Below are positions 1-9,101 of a DNA stretch of 46,355 nucleotides, one piece after another (the first letter of the stretch is position 1; each line of letters starts with the position of its first letter). The notes beneath the pieces are model-generated. The model saw only the letters and a list, made by a program, of their open reading frames with translations, was not told the DNA's origin and made no database searches. Origin of the DNA: a virus (lineage: Duplodnaviria > Caudoviricetes); the IMG/VR virus record IMGVR_UViG_3300011102_000427, positions 1 to 46,355 of that record; one strand, given 5' to 3'. The position numbers and the translations under genes were made by a program.

Positions 1-123
1 CAGGGTCGTCTTGGAGATCTGGTACGGGGTCTTGAAGATCTGGCAGTAGTTCGTCAGCTTCGTCGGGTTGGTGCTCGAGCTGGCGATCGAGGTGTTGCCT
101 TCCGACTGGGCGTTGCCGACGCG
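1..123. repeat. Terminal direct repeat copy 1 (circular assembly overlap)
   Basis: 1-123 is identical to 46233-46355; the capsid ORF reads in frame across the join. Confidence 0.95.
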
Positions 124-552
124 GGTGATCCAGGCATTGTCCGCCACGTCCGCGGCAGTCGTTCCCGCCACACCACGCTGCGCCTCGAACGACGTGGCAC
201 TCGTGACGCTGATCACGCGGATCAGCTCGGGGGCGTAACCTGCCACCTCGGTCGTGGGCTCGATCTGCAGGATGTCGCCCGGGATCAGCTCCAGCGCGCC
301 GCCATCGACAGTGAAGGTGGTCTCACCCTCGTCCGTGATCGCGCCATTCACCTGCAGACGGCAGATCGTCTGCATTTCTTCCCACCAGTAGAACTGCGGG
401 TCGTCCACCGGCTCCGTCTTGCCCTTCGAGGTCAGGGCAAACAGCGGCGCGGTGCCGTTGGGGTTCATCCAGAGAATCATCTCGCGGAAACTCTTCGGAC
501 GCTCGTCGGTGCCGAAGGAACCGGTTCCGCGAAGGCCTGCAAAATACGTCAT
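1..552 (-). CDS. Major capsid protein, 5' part (continues at 46232 down to 45579; 401 aa total)
   Basis: Manual translation from ATG 552: MTYFAGLRGTGSFGTDERPKSFREMILWMNPNGTAPLF...NYCQIFKTPYQISKT; GGAG RBS upstream; follows the scaffold gene; resembles DUF5309/SU10-type capsids. Confidence 0.9.
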   Translation of the reverse strand, partial: MTYFAGLRGTGSFGTDERPKSFREMILWMNPNGTAPLFALTSKGKTEPVDDPQFYWWEEMQTICRLQVNGAITDEGETTFTVDGGALELIPGDILQIEPTTEVAGYAPELIRVISVTSATSFEAQRGVAGTTAADVADNAWITRVGNAQSEGNTSIASSSTNPTKLTNYCQIFKTPYQISKTTL

Positions 553-582
553 GGTCGTTGCTCCATATCAAGTTGAGAAGGA

Positions 583-1578
583 TCAGATGGTCCCGCTCAG
601 GTGCGCGTCGATCAGGCCCTGCAGGTCATCCATCGAGGATTCCTGGCCAGGCTCGATCGGTGGCGGTACGTGGCCCTGTGCCCCTGCACCAGCAGGACGG
701 AGCTGAGCGGGCGTCGGCCGGGGTGCAGCGGGAGGTGCCGTGGGAGTCGGTGCAGCAGGAGCCGCGCTCGGCTGCAGTCCCAAGGTCAACATCGCCATCA
801 CACCAGCGCGCTTCATCAGTTCCTCGCGCGGCAGGTTCGGGCTTGCGGTACGTACAGCCTGGATCGACTGAATGACCGTCTGCGCGTATTCGGGCTTCGC
901 TTTCAGGTCCGGGAACTGCTCGAAGAACATCCGTTCGTTTTCCTGGTGAACGGCCTGCTGCTTCGAGAAGTGCTCCATCATCTGGGGCAGGGCCTGCATG
1001 ACGCCAGCGAATACTGCATGCTGGACGTTGTAGTGGACCCGCGCTGCCATTACGGGCAGTGTGGCACCCGGATCAGTCCGGGCAGCTTCAACCTCTTCCG
1101 GACTCAGAGCATAGAGCTGTTCGGCCAGTTTCGGCACAAACTCGTCACGATGCTTGACCGGGTCAAAGGGTTCCGCAGGGGTTACGGGAGGTTCCGTGCT
1201 CGCAGGAGCAGGTTGCGCTCCTGCTGCAGGGGCCCCCGGCGGCGCTGCCGGCGTAGCTGCAGGGGCGACCGGAGCTGCCGGGGAAGAAGGAGAACCCGGA
1301 GGGGTTCCGGCGGCAGGTGCTGCAGCAGGCGGACTTACGGCCGCCGGGGGCGTAACGGAAGGCGAGGTCGGAGCGGCAGTGGCAGCCGGGGCAGCAGGTT
1401 CTGCTACCATCGGAGCCATGTCGTCGTGCGCCGCCAGATCGCTAAAGAAGCTGTCATCCGCGGAGCCAGTGTCGCCGCCAGCGGGAGGAGGTTCCACTCC
1501 GCCACCGCCAGCAGCGCCGTCCGTACCCGCGGGTTCGAGCAGCCTCCAATTATTCACCAGGTTCATCATTGTGCGCAT
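583..1578 (-). CDS. Capsid scaffolding protein (Pro/Ala-rich)
   Basis: Lies between portal and capsid; low-complexity P/A tracts plus a helical core; start moved to ATG 1578 behind an AGGAG RBS. Confidence 0.7.
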   Translation of the reverse strand: MRTMMNLVNNWRLLEPAGTDGAAGGGGVEPPPAGGDTGSADDSFFSDLAAHDDMAPMVAEPAAPAATAAPTSPSVTPPAAVSPPAAAPAAGTPPGSPSSPAAPVAPAATPAAPPGAPAAGAQPAPASTEPPVTPAEPFDPVKHRDEFVPKLAEQLYALSPEEVEAARTDPGATLPVMAARVHYNVQHAVFAGVMQALPQMMEHFSKQQAVHQENERMFFEQFPDLKAKPEYAQTVIQSIQAVRTASPNLPREELMKRAGVMAMLTLGLQPSAAPAAPTPTAPPAAPRPTPAQLRPAGAGAQGHVPPPIEPGQESSMDDLQGLIDAHLSGTI

Positions 1579-1882
1579 TGTCCGACTCCTTCTTTTCCAA
1601 CATATCTTCGATTGTTTCAGCCAAATCACTCAAGCGGATATCAACGAAATGCTCAGCAAAAATAATACCCGCCGCTTCACCTTTCTCATACTCCCGCTTC
1701 GGTACCTCGTCCATCGAGTTCAGGGGAGTTAAGATTACAGACTCCGTTCTCGCTTTCGCCTGGGCTTGCAGGAACTCACGCAGGAGCTTAAACCCCGGGT
1801 GGTTCAGCAAACTCCTAAGCTGTGACTGTTCCTCTTGCAGGGCCCGCAGGTCCACTTGCTCCTCTTCCACCTTGTCCTCCAT
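1550..1882 (-). CDS. Small helical protein after portal (Bbp19-like)
   Basis: 110 aa with LLNHPGFKLL...EYEKGEAAG; typical position between portal and scaffold; overlaps both neighbours. Confidence 0.6.
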   Translation of the reverse strand: MEDKVEEEQVDLRALQEEQSQLRSLLNHPGFKLLREFLQAQAKARTESVILTPLNSMDEVPKREYEKGEAAGIIFAEHFVDIRLSDLAETIEDMLEKKESDNAHNDEPGE

Positions 1883-3740
1883 TCATAGGAACCATATTTC
1901 CATACTGTGCTTGACGTTGCAGGTGTTCCGGCGAGCCGAGCTGAACCCTGAACCTGTCGATATTCCGCTCGCCCTGCATCTTCATCGCGTGAGCGATCAT
2001 GCCGTTGATATCCCACTCCATATAGGCATTCGGCAGGCGCGCCATCTGCATGAGCAGTTCTTTCCAAAACGTCGCCTGGGCAAGGCGGTCGATCGGGAGC
2101 GAGCCGTCGACGGGCACGAAGTCGTAGCTTCCTGCAATCGCCTGTGCGTTCACCTGGACGAACTTCTGCGCGGTGTCCAGGTTCGATCCCGCGATCGCGT
2201 ATTTCCGCTCGATGTCGAGCAGTTGCTGCGTGTTCGACAGCATGCGCGAGGCAAGGGGCGCGAGGGCCAACACGCTGTTGTACTCCACAGGCGTCTTGAG
2301 GCGCGTGATGGACTGCTGATAAGCCTGGCGGGCTTCGGTCGCTGAGCGGCGGCCACCCCCGGACTGCAGGCCCATGACATTCTCCATCACAGCAGTGACC
2401 TTGTGGATCATCCCCTCCACATACTGCGCATCCGACAGGTGCGTGCGTGTCACATCGACCTGCGCAAGCTGGTGCACTGCGAGACGCGGGTCCGTGCCAT
2501 AGGCCTGCGGCTTCAACCGCATGATCCTCTGCCCGCCCTTCGTCAGGTCCTTCATTGTCACCCGCGAGGGGTCGACCACGAGCTGATTGTTCAGCACCCG
2601 ACGGACGTTGTAGAAATGCGAGTTGATCAGCCACGTCAGGATGTCCGTCAGCGGCCGCATGATCTCTGTCATGCCGAACTTCGCAAACTCCTCCGACCCG
2701 AAGTTCCCTTCGCCCAGGAAGTACGGGAACTGGTTATGGTACAGCCCCAGCGGGCACGCCTGAATGATCAGCTCCTTTTCCGCAAGCAGGAATTTCCAAA
2801 TCTCCAGCCGCCTCGAGTCGCTCAATCCCCAGTGCTGCGGGATCAGCTTGATATACATCTCCGTGATGTTGAAGCTCCCCATGCCGGGGACGTTTTCCTC
2901 CCCTGGCCGGACGGGCAGCTCCGTGCGCGGCGAACCTTCCTGGATGTTGTTCCCGCGGCTGGACTGCGCAATCTCCTTCAGGTACTTCAGGTTGATGTAC
3001 GTGCCCGGGTTGCCCTGCTCCGTCGCGATCAGATTGGCGAACGTCTCCGAGGTCTTCCGGCCGCAGAACTCACCTTCCTGGAATTTCCACAGCGGCAGGC
3101 GCGGGTCCGGCAGGAAGTCGTAGGGGCGGATGTTGTAGAGCTTGTTCCCCACGAAACCCTTCACAATCTCGTGGACCATCTCCTTCTTCGTCCCGCCAAG
3201 TTCGATCCCCATGAAAGTCCTGGGCACCTCCTTGATCGAGGAGACCGGCTTTTCCTCTTCCTCCCAGTACTCCCCGCCAATCGCGACGGAATACTTTGCC
3301 AGGTCGTACAGCCAGTGATACAGCGGGGGCTTGTGCGAGCCGACCGTCTGCTGGTACTCCATCACGGCTTCCACAGCCTGAACAGCGTCCATACCCTCGC
3401 CATGCCGGCCGGTGTACTGCCAGAGCGGCGTGCGCGCAAGGATGACGGAGGAGAAATAGGTGTGCGCCGTCATCACAGTGGCAAAGGTGTACGGAATCTC
3501 CAGAGTCACGAAGTCCACTTCGCCCTTGTATTCCTTCGCGTGCCGCTTCTTCCGATCCAGTTCCTTCTCGTGAATATAGGCCCGCATGGAGTCATCGGCC
3601 TGGCTCCACTGCTTGTAGAACTTCTGCATCTGCCGCTCCGACGCGTCAACCCGAGCGCAGATAGCCTTCTTCAGCCGCTCATGCAGCTTGCTGGCCTCGC
3701 TATTATCCGGGTTGTACTTAACCGTCTGGCTTACAGGCAT
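1815..3740 (-). CDS. Portal protein
   Basis: 641 aa, directly downstream of TerL; RPYDFLPDP and RSATEA motifs typical of podovirus portals. Confidence 0.85.
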   Translation of the reverse strand: MPVSQTVKYNPDNSEASKLHERLKKAICARVDASERQMQKFYKQWSQADDSMRAYIHEKELDRKKRHAKEYKGEVDFVTLEIPYTFATVMTAHTYFSSVILARTPLWQYTGRHGEGMDAVQAVEAVMEYQQTVGSHKPPLYHWLYDLAKYSVAIGGEYWEEEEKPVSSIKEVPRTFMGIELGGTKKEMVHEIVKGFVGNKLYNIRPYDFLPDPRLPLWKFQEGEFCGRKTSETFANLIATEQGNPGTYINLKYLKEIAQSSRGNNIQEGSPRTELPVRPGEENVPGMGSFNITEMYIKLIPQHWGLSDSRRLEIWKFLLAEKELIIQACPLGLYHNQFPYFLGEGNFGSEEFAKFGMTEIMRPLTDILTWLINSHFYNVRRVLNNQLVVDPSRVTMKDLTKGGQRIMRLKPQAYGTDPRLAVHQLAQVDVTRTHLSDAQYVEGMIHKVTAVMENVMGLQSGGGRRSATEARQAYQQSITRLKTPVEYNSVLALAPLASRMLSNTQQLLDIERKYAIAGSNLDTAQKFVQVNAQAIAGSYDFVPVDGSLPIDRLAQATFWKELLMQMARLPNAYMEWDINGMIAHAMKMQGERNIDRFRVQLGSPEHLQRQAQYGNMVPMNGGQGGRGASGPAGPARGTVTA

Positions 3741-5260
3741 TAGGGCGCTCCATCTTCGAAGGTGAGCTCAGGAATATCCTGCTCATCATCTTCGTAGCTT
3801 TCTTCGTGTTCGAGCACGTGACCATTGCTCCCCTGGATCATCCAGGGATTGAGCAAGCTGATCGCCATGGCACTGGCGTCGAGCAGGTCGATATCCACAC
3901 CTTCCGTCCATTCCTCGTACTGCGAGGAGAACTCAGTGTGGTTCTCGCCGATATGCAGCTTCCCCTGGGCAGCGAGGCCGCTGTGTCCCTGGATAATCCG
4001 CTGCGGCTTCGAGCGGCGGTCGTTGATCTCGCGAATAGCGAAGTACAGGCGCTCTTCCTGCATCTTCTTCTCAAGATACCACTTGAGCATCTTCTGAAAC
4101 GCGACAGTCTCCGCGCCCATGTACTGCGGCCGAAACTGCCTGTAGTTGTTCGCCAGCCACACCCACATCTCATCTGGGTCGATGTTGCGGGCGGAGAAGT
4201 AGGTCAGGAGGAACAAATCTCCCGTCCGGCGATCCATTCCCCAGGTGACCCCGGCGGTCTTGTGCAGCTTCTTCGCCTTCGAGCCATCCAGGGTTTTGGT
4301 GGCGGGGTCGAGGGCTGTAGCGATGACCAGGTTCGTGGGCAGGGTCTTGTATGTCCGCAGGCGCGTGGCGTCGAGTGGCGACGTTTCCCTGGAAATGATC
4401 TTGCAGCCGTACTCCCGCAGCCACACATAGTTCTTCCCGCGGGCACGGTATTCCTCTCGCTCCTGCACCACCTCTTCATCCGAGAACCGCTCCGGCCAGG
4501 CGCTCCGCTCCACACCGTTGATCTCTACAATCTTCGGGTACTTCACAGTCACGAAGGTAGGGTCTTCGTGCGCCTTGTAAACCGCGTCCTCCTTATGCAG
4601 GCCGGTATTCGTCAGCACGAACTTCCGGTGCGGCGCCTCGGACTTCGGGGCCAGGGACGGGACGAGCGCACCGAAGACCAGGTCATAGATCTTCGTCCGC
4701 TGCTCTTCCGTCGCAGTATTCTCCTCGTTGCAGATGTCGTCGCAGTAGATCGTGTCCGGGCGCCAGTCGTCGAGGTTCAACCCGCGCAGGCCGGAAGTCA
4801 TGCCCTTGGCGATGACGTTGATAGTGCAGTCGAATGGCTCGTTGTAGATCTCGATCCACTCATCCGTCCACTTCTTCCCCTTCTTCAGCCCGAAGGTCGT
4901 GGTCCAGAAAGTGTTGTTCTCGATCTGCTTCCGCAGCCAGGTGACCGTGTGGATGGCCATGGATTCACTGATGGCCACGGCGAGGCTGTTCCGCGTGAGC
5001 CCAAACGCGATCCGCTTGGAGATGTAGCTGCGGGCGAGGGTTGTCTTTCCCGCGCCACGGAAAACCTCGGCCGCGAAGAAGTCGTAGGCCGGGTCCTCGG
5101 CCTTCAACCAGAAGTCGCGATGGAACGCAGGGCTGGCCTGGCGGAACGTCTTAGGAAAGAACGTTCGGGAGTAAAAGACTCCGTCTGCCGCGCAGAGCCG
5201 AAAGAGCTCATCCCGCGATAGGTGCAGAACGCCAGGACCAGCCACTGCGTAATTCTCCAA
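3740..5260 (-). CDS. terL: Terminase large subunit
   Basis: Walker A VFRGAGKTT, Walker B IYCDD, nuclease acidic motifs ALDPA and DLLDA; start codon uncertain. Confidence 0.92.
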   Translation of the reverse strand: MENYAVAGPGVLHLSRDELFRLCAADGVFYSRTFFPKTFRQASPAFHRDFWLKAEDPAYDFFAAEVFRGAGKTTLARSYISKRIAFGLTRNSLAVAISESMAIHTVTWLRKQIENNTFWTTTFGLKKGKKWTDEWIEIYNEPFDCTINVIAKGMTSGLRGLNLDDWRPDTIYCDDICNEENTATEEQRTKIYDLVFGALVPSLAPKSEAPHRKFVLTNTGLHKEDAVYKAHEDPTFVTVKYPKIVEINGVERSAWPERFSDEEVVQEREEYRARGKNYVWLREYGCKIISRETSPLDATRLRTYKTLPTNLVIATALDPATKTLDGSKAKKLHKTAGVTWGMDRRTGDLFLLTYFSARNIDPDEMWVWLANNYRQFRPQYMGAETVAFQKMLKWYLEKKMQEERLYFAIREINDRRSKPQRIIQGHSGLAAQGKLHIGENHTEFSSQYEEWTEGVDIDLLDASAMAISLLNPWMIQGSNGHVLEHEESYEDDEQDIPELTFEDGAP

Positions 5261-5262
5261 AG

Positions 5263-5784
5263 CTATCGGTTGAGGATGTGAACATTGAACTTATCAACAT
5301 GAACAGCGGTCAATTCCTCGCACAGCGCGGGCCGGACGGGGAAGGGGGTTTGCGGGTCGAACCACTTGCAAACCTCTACCACTGCGATTTTATAATCCGT
5401 TTCCCTCAAAAACCGTGACAGTAGCGGGACGTATAGGTTCCACAACTGCCAGTAAGCTTCAGGAGTATGGCTGTACTTTACCTCCAGGAGAACACAAAGC
5501 TTCCGATCTGGTAGGAATAAAATCCCATCTGTCTGGGCGTAGTGGTCACGGGAGTCCGAGGAGACCGTGTACTTCCACCACTGATTCGGAAAGTACTGCA
5601 GGCCGTGCGCTTCCTGCAGGCGCCCATGCACCTTCCGCTCATACGCCAGTCCCCGCCGGAACCTCTGCCCCTTCACTCGGACTTCCGGCCACGGAGAACT
5701 GGGCACCGGGCATACGCTCAAGGGCAGGACGCGCTGCACGTACCTGCGAGGGCGCGCCGATTCCGATAGGGGCGTGCTGGCCAT
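5263..5784 (-). CDS. PD-(D/E)XK nuclease associated with packaging genes
   Basis: E...TDGIL...LLEVK and QLxxY motifs; GGAG RBS before ATG 5784; lies between TerS and TerL. Confidence 0.7.
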   Translation of the reverse strand: MASTPLSESARPRRYVQRVLPLSVCPVPSSPWPEVRVKGQRFRRGLAYERKVHGRLQEAHGLQYFPNQWWKYTVSSDSRDHYAQTDGILFLPDRKLCVLLEVKYSHTPEAYWQLWNLYVPLLSRFLRETDYKIAVVEVCKWFDPQTPFPVRPALCEELTAVHVDKFNVHILNR

Positions 5785-6259
5785 CAATCACAACTCCGGG
5801 CTGGGTGGAGGGGCGGGCGCCAATCAGCGAGCGGGCCTGTTCCAGCTCCGTACGCAGCGTCAACGTCAGGCTGAACTCGGCGGGGGCCCCAGGGGTGGTG
5901 CCCTGCGGCTTGGTGCCGAACCCCAGGCGGTTCAGCGTGTTATCCGTCAGGTTGACCAGCTCCTTATCCGCCATCGTAGGAATCCGTTCCTCCAGTTTAT
6001 CCAGCAACTGGTGCGCCACCCCCTCGAGCTTCTCCTTCAGCGGTAGCACCGTGCCCGAGAAGATCGCCTCCTGCTTCTCTGCCAGCCGAGCCTGGAAAGC
6101 CTCTGAGTGAATCACACAGCTGAGCCACGCCTGAGTCATGCCGAAATGCCTGGCAATATCCCCCAGTTTGTGGGTCGGGTTGGCCAGCATGAAGTTCATA
6201 ATCTCCTCATGCTTATGGCTCACTTTCTGGATTCCAGGGCTCCCATCTGCGGCGGGCAT
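5639..6259 (-). CDS. Putative terminase small subunit (HTH)
   Basis: HTH-like KLGDIARHFGMTQAWLSCVI, then helices; first gene of the packaging operon; ATG 6259 has a GGGAG RBS (ORF open to 6367). Confidence 0.65.
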   Translation of the reverse strand: MPAADGSPGIQKVSHKHEEIMNFMLANPTHKLGDIARHFGMTQAWLSCVIHSEAFQARLAEKQEAIFSGTVLPLKEKLEGVAHQLLDKLEERIPTMADKELVNLTDNTLNRLGFGTKPQGTTPGAPAEFSLTLTLRTELEQARSLIGARPSTQPGVVIDGQHAPIGIGAPSQVRAARPALERMPGAQFSVAGSPSEGAEVPAGTGV

Positions 6260-6348
6260 CAGGCGGCTCCCGGCTGAAGTAACATGGATGCGCTCATTGG
6301 GCACGTTATACAGGGATGCTTGGGCGGGCGCAACGGGGGACGTTATGA

Positions 6349-6379
6349 TGCTACCATTAACTTTCAATTAATGGTAACA
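6349..6379. promoter_or_regulatory. 31-bp palindrome, copy 1
   Basis: TGCTACCATTAA-CTTTCAA-TTAATGGTAACA. Confidence 0.85.
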
Positions 6380-6785
6380 AGTATTCCCACCAGTGGATAG
6401 AATAAATGTTACCATGTTTGAAAAACTGCCAGCGGGGGAAGTGGGCAGACTGACGGGGGCCCCACCCGGTACCTCAAGGGGGGTTGCCGGGGCAGTCGTT
6501 GCCGGGACTGCAGCCGTCGCGGGCATTCACTGCCCAGGCTGTTTCAGCGGATGGCAGTTATCCAGGTGGGCCGTGATTGCGCGGGCAATAGGTGTGGAGG
6601 CAGTGGATGCTGGGGGAAGCGATTGCCTGGGCAAGATTGCAGGTGGCAATGGGTGTATGGGCAATTAGGTGGATGGGCAATGATTGCTGCGGCCGTGACT
6701 CAGTGGGCAATCGTTGCCGCCGGTAATAGTGGATGACGGCAGTCAGGGGGCCTGGCAAATGCCGTGCCAACATGGGCTGGAGGAA

Positions 6786-6829
6786 CATTACAAAAATGTA
6801 ATGATACCTGGGTTGCGGTATGGTAGGAT
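6786..6829 (+). promoter_or_regulatory. Putative sigma70 promoter with overlapping operator-like palindrome
   Basis: ATGATA (6801)-17 bp-TAGGAT with extended TGn; CATTACA-AAAA-TGTAATG at 6786-6803 overlaps the -35. Confidence 0.5.
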
Positions 6830-6873
6830 TCGTGTGTCGGCAATCCCGCCGACGTTTTCAGGAGTTCGGCCAC

Positions 6874-7437
6874 ATGGCTAAGAAGATCATTGACCTGGCT
6901 GCCGCCACGGTCACGTTCGACTTCACGAAGGATGGCGGAGAGAAATTCGTCATCGCCGCCAACCAGGTTCCCGGCTGCGAATCCGTGTCGGGCACGGCGC
7001 TGCATGCCATGCTTCACGGTCTCAGCCAGAAGATCGGTGACGCATACGCGGCTGCGAAGTCGCAGCCCAATCCGCTGGCGTGGGCGCAGGATCAGGTCAA
7101 GGCGACCATTGCGTCGATCGTTGCCGGCGTCTGGAATGCCGGTCGCACGGGCGAGGGCACCGCGAAGGTTTCCATCCTGGCCCGCGCGTTGCACCGCGTC
7201 AAGCTGGCGGCGGGCGATACGGAATCCAGCGAAGCCGCCGCCCAGGCGTATCTGGACGAGCTGGAAGCCCAGCCGGATGGCAAGGCGCAGATCGCGGCCC
7301 TTCGCGCGAAAAAGAAGGTGGCGAAGATGCTCGATACGATCCGGCTGGAGGACGCGCAGAAGCGTCTGGAACGCGCCAAGGCGAAGGCCGCCGCGGGCGA
7401 TACCAGCGAGGACGAGGAGGACGAGGACGAGGAGTAA
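6874..7437 (+). CDS. Hypothetical Ala/Lys-rich protein with acidic tail
   Basis: AGGAG RBS before ATG 6874; strong G/C-ending codon bias; ends DTSEDEEDEDEE. Confidence 0.85.
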   Translation: MAKKIIDLAAATVTFDFTKDGGEKFVIAANQVPGCESVSGTALHAMLHGLSQKIGDAYAAAKSQPNPLAWAQDQVKATIASIVAGVWNAGRTGEGTAKVSILARALHRVKLAAGDTESSEAAAQAYLDELEAQPDGKAQIAALRAKKKVAKMLDTIRLEDAQKRLERAKAKAAAGDTSEDEEDEDEE

Positions 7438-7475
7438 TCGGCCGGGCGGGGAGATCAGTCCCCGCTCTCTCCTGG

Positions 7476-7508
7476 AACCTGGGGTGCCCGTGGCCCCAGG
7501 TTTTTCTT
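7476..7508 (+). terminator. Rho-independent terminator
   Basis: AACCTGGGGT-GCCCGTG-GCCCCAGGTT stem running into TTTTTCTT. Confidence 0.8.
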
Positions 7509-7572
7509 GCCCGGAGCTCGCTCCTCTCCCCCTGCCCCCTTCTCCCCAAAAGATGCAGGTATCGCAATTAAC

Positions 7573-7970
7573 GCTACCATCACAACCCTGAACAGTCCAT
7601 TGCTGTACGACATACAGTACGACATACAGGACGTCAGAGTGTACGTCAACAGGGCGTATAGAGTATGAGATTCCGCCAACCCCCACATATCCCCACTCCT
7701 TTATTCAGTTTCCCATCCCCTCACAGCGGCAAACGGCGTCCTATATTAAGTTATTTTTTTTTTTTATTTTTTTTTACTCACACGTAGGGCACTGAGAAAG
7801 GCGGGGGAGGAGGCAGGGGAAGGGAGGGAAGGAAACTGAGGAAAGGAATGGGGATGGGTGGGGGGAGGAAAGTCTCGTACAATATACGTACAGTATACGT
7901 ACAATGTGACGTACAGTTGATCGTGCTGTATGTCGTGCATAGATTGGCTGTGTAGGGTTGGGATGGTATC
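7573..7970. repeat. Large imperfect inverted repeat with phased pentamers around a poly-T core (candidate replication origin)
   Basis: 7573-7713 aligns to the reverse complement of 7831-7970; six GTACG-like units per arm; T tract at 7751-7775. Confidence 0.8.
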
Positions 7971-8048
7971 AATAAAGCCATTCGCTGCAGCACGCCCATC
8001 ACGCGCCACCCAGTTTTTCTCCATGCACCAGAGGACAGAAAATAGGGC

Positions 8049-8077
8049 TTGACAACTGGGAGAATATATGGTAGCAT
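8049..8077 (+). promoter_or_regulatory. Sigma70 early promoter
   Basis: TTGACA-17 bp-TAGCAT with extended TGn, upstream of the early gene cluster. Confidence 0.8.
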
Positions 8078-8150
8078 CGGGGTTCCTGGGTGGGAGTTCT
8101 CCCAGGTGATTCAAACCTAACCCCTGCAAAGCGCAGGAAAGGCTAAGAAA

Positions 8151-8567
8151 ATGAAGCGCGTAATAGTCACGTTGGAGTCGGAAGGCGCTGCAATGGAGCT
8201 GGTGGCCCTGCTGCGTGGCGTGGCGAGAGGGAAGCGGGCTCTCGCGGCCAGGCTTCGGAACGCTGCAGCCGAGCGGGGCGCCGATATGGCGACCAAACTG
8301 GCGGATGATGTCGAAAGGCAGTTGAAGGAACGCGCAACCCTGCTCGATACCCGCCAGGAACTTTCCCCATACGGGAAACTCCTCTTCGCCGCAGGTCTCG
8401 CTGCGGTGGATCGCATGGTAGAGGAACTGCGGGGGAGTGATTACGCGCTCCGCTGTGGCACGGCGGCCGTGGATGAATTGCTGATCTACCGCGAGGATAT
8501 CGCGGGGACGATTCTCAACACGCTGGCCCAGGAAGGCGTGCTGAAGGTGGAGGAGGAGAAAGCGTAA
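8151..8567 (+). CDS. Hypothetical protein
   Basis: 138-aa ORF, first after the promoter; TAATG coupling to the next gene. Confidence 0.75.
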   Translation: MKRVIVTLESEGAAMELVALLRGVARGKRALAARLRNAAAERGADMATKLADDVERQLKERATLLDTRQELSPYGKLLFAAGLAAVDRMVEELRGSDYALRCGTAAVDELLIYREDIAGTILNTLAQEGVLKVEEEKA

Positions 8568-8884
8568 TGGACACTCAACCCAAGACGTACACTGTCAAGC
8601 GGGTGTTTGTGGACGAGGATACGAATTCTGGTATCCTGGAAGTCACGGCCCCGTCGATGCAGCTCTACCGTGTGTCGATCACGCGAGGTGGGAAGATCGC
8701 CGTCGAGACGAGATCGAGCGTGAAGTTCGAGACTTCCCGCCGGATGCTGGGCGGTGGCTGCAGTGCCCTCGATCTCGCGGGACTGGCCCTGGTGGCCGTG
8801 GTGATTTGGGAGCAGACCCCGCCACGCCAGGTGGTGGACACCTCGAAAAACCAGGATATCCGGCCGTGGCCGGAATTGGACTGA
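8567..8884 (+). CDS. Hypothetical protein
   Basis: 105 aa, GGAGGAG RBS, translationally coupled. Confidence 0.75.
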   Translation: MDTQPKTYTVKRVFVDEDTNSGILEVTAPSMQLYRVSITRGGKIAVETRSSVKFETSRRMLGGGCSALDLAGLALVAVVIWEQTPPRQVVDTSKNQDIRPWPELD

Positions 8885-8888
8885 AGCC

Positions 8889-9101
8889 ATGCAGAAGCGA
8901 ACAAAGGCAGGACCACTGCCGGAAGGGCCAGTAACATGCTTTATCGTCTGGCGTTGGTTGGGAACTGTCTGGACCGTACACGGGCCGTTTCCTGACAGAG
9001 ATACAGCGCAGCGTGTAGCCCAGGAAACGCTGGGTACGCAAGACACAGCGGGAAAGAATGGGTATACCTACGAGGTTGTCCCAAAGAGAGCACTGCGATG
9101 A
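8889..9101 (+). CDS. Hypothetical protein
   Basis: 70 aa, tiles the operon with an ATGA overlap. Confidence 0.6.
   Translation: MQKRTKAGPLPEGPVTCFIVWRWLGTVWTVHGPFPDRDTAQRVAQETLGTQDTAGKNGYTYEVVPKRALR

Noticed and set aside
1-123. 123-bp terminal repeat as a biological direct terminal repeat
   Set aside because: It falls mid-capsid gene with the frame continuing across the join, as expected for assembler overlap of a circular contig.
601-5221. Long plus-strand ORFs opposite scaffold, portal and TerL, and similar antisense ORFs elsewhere
   Set aside because: Shadow ORFs produced by high GC3 codon bias of the real genes; no motifs.
6393-6788. ORFs of 61-91 aa in the divergent intergenic region
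   Set aside because: No RBS, atypical composition and overlapping frames; the region is better read as non-coding.
7751-7775. Poly-T as a simple terminator or phase-variation tract
   Set aside because: No adjacent GC stem and not within a gene; its position on the symmetry axis explains it better. The exact length may be a sequencing error.
7605-7938. Short repeats as a CRISPR or mini-array
   Set aside because: Units are 5 bp with an 11-12 bp period, there are no spacer-sized unique segments and no cas operon.
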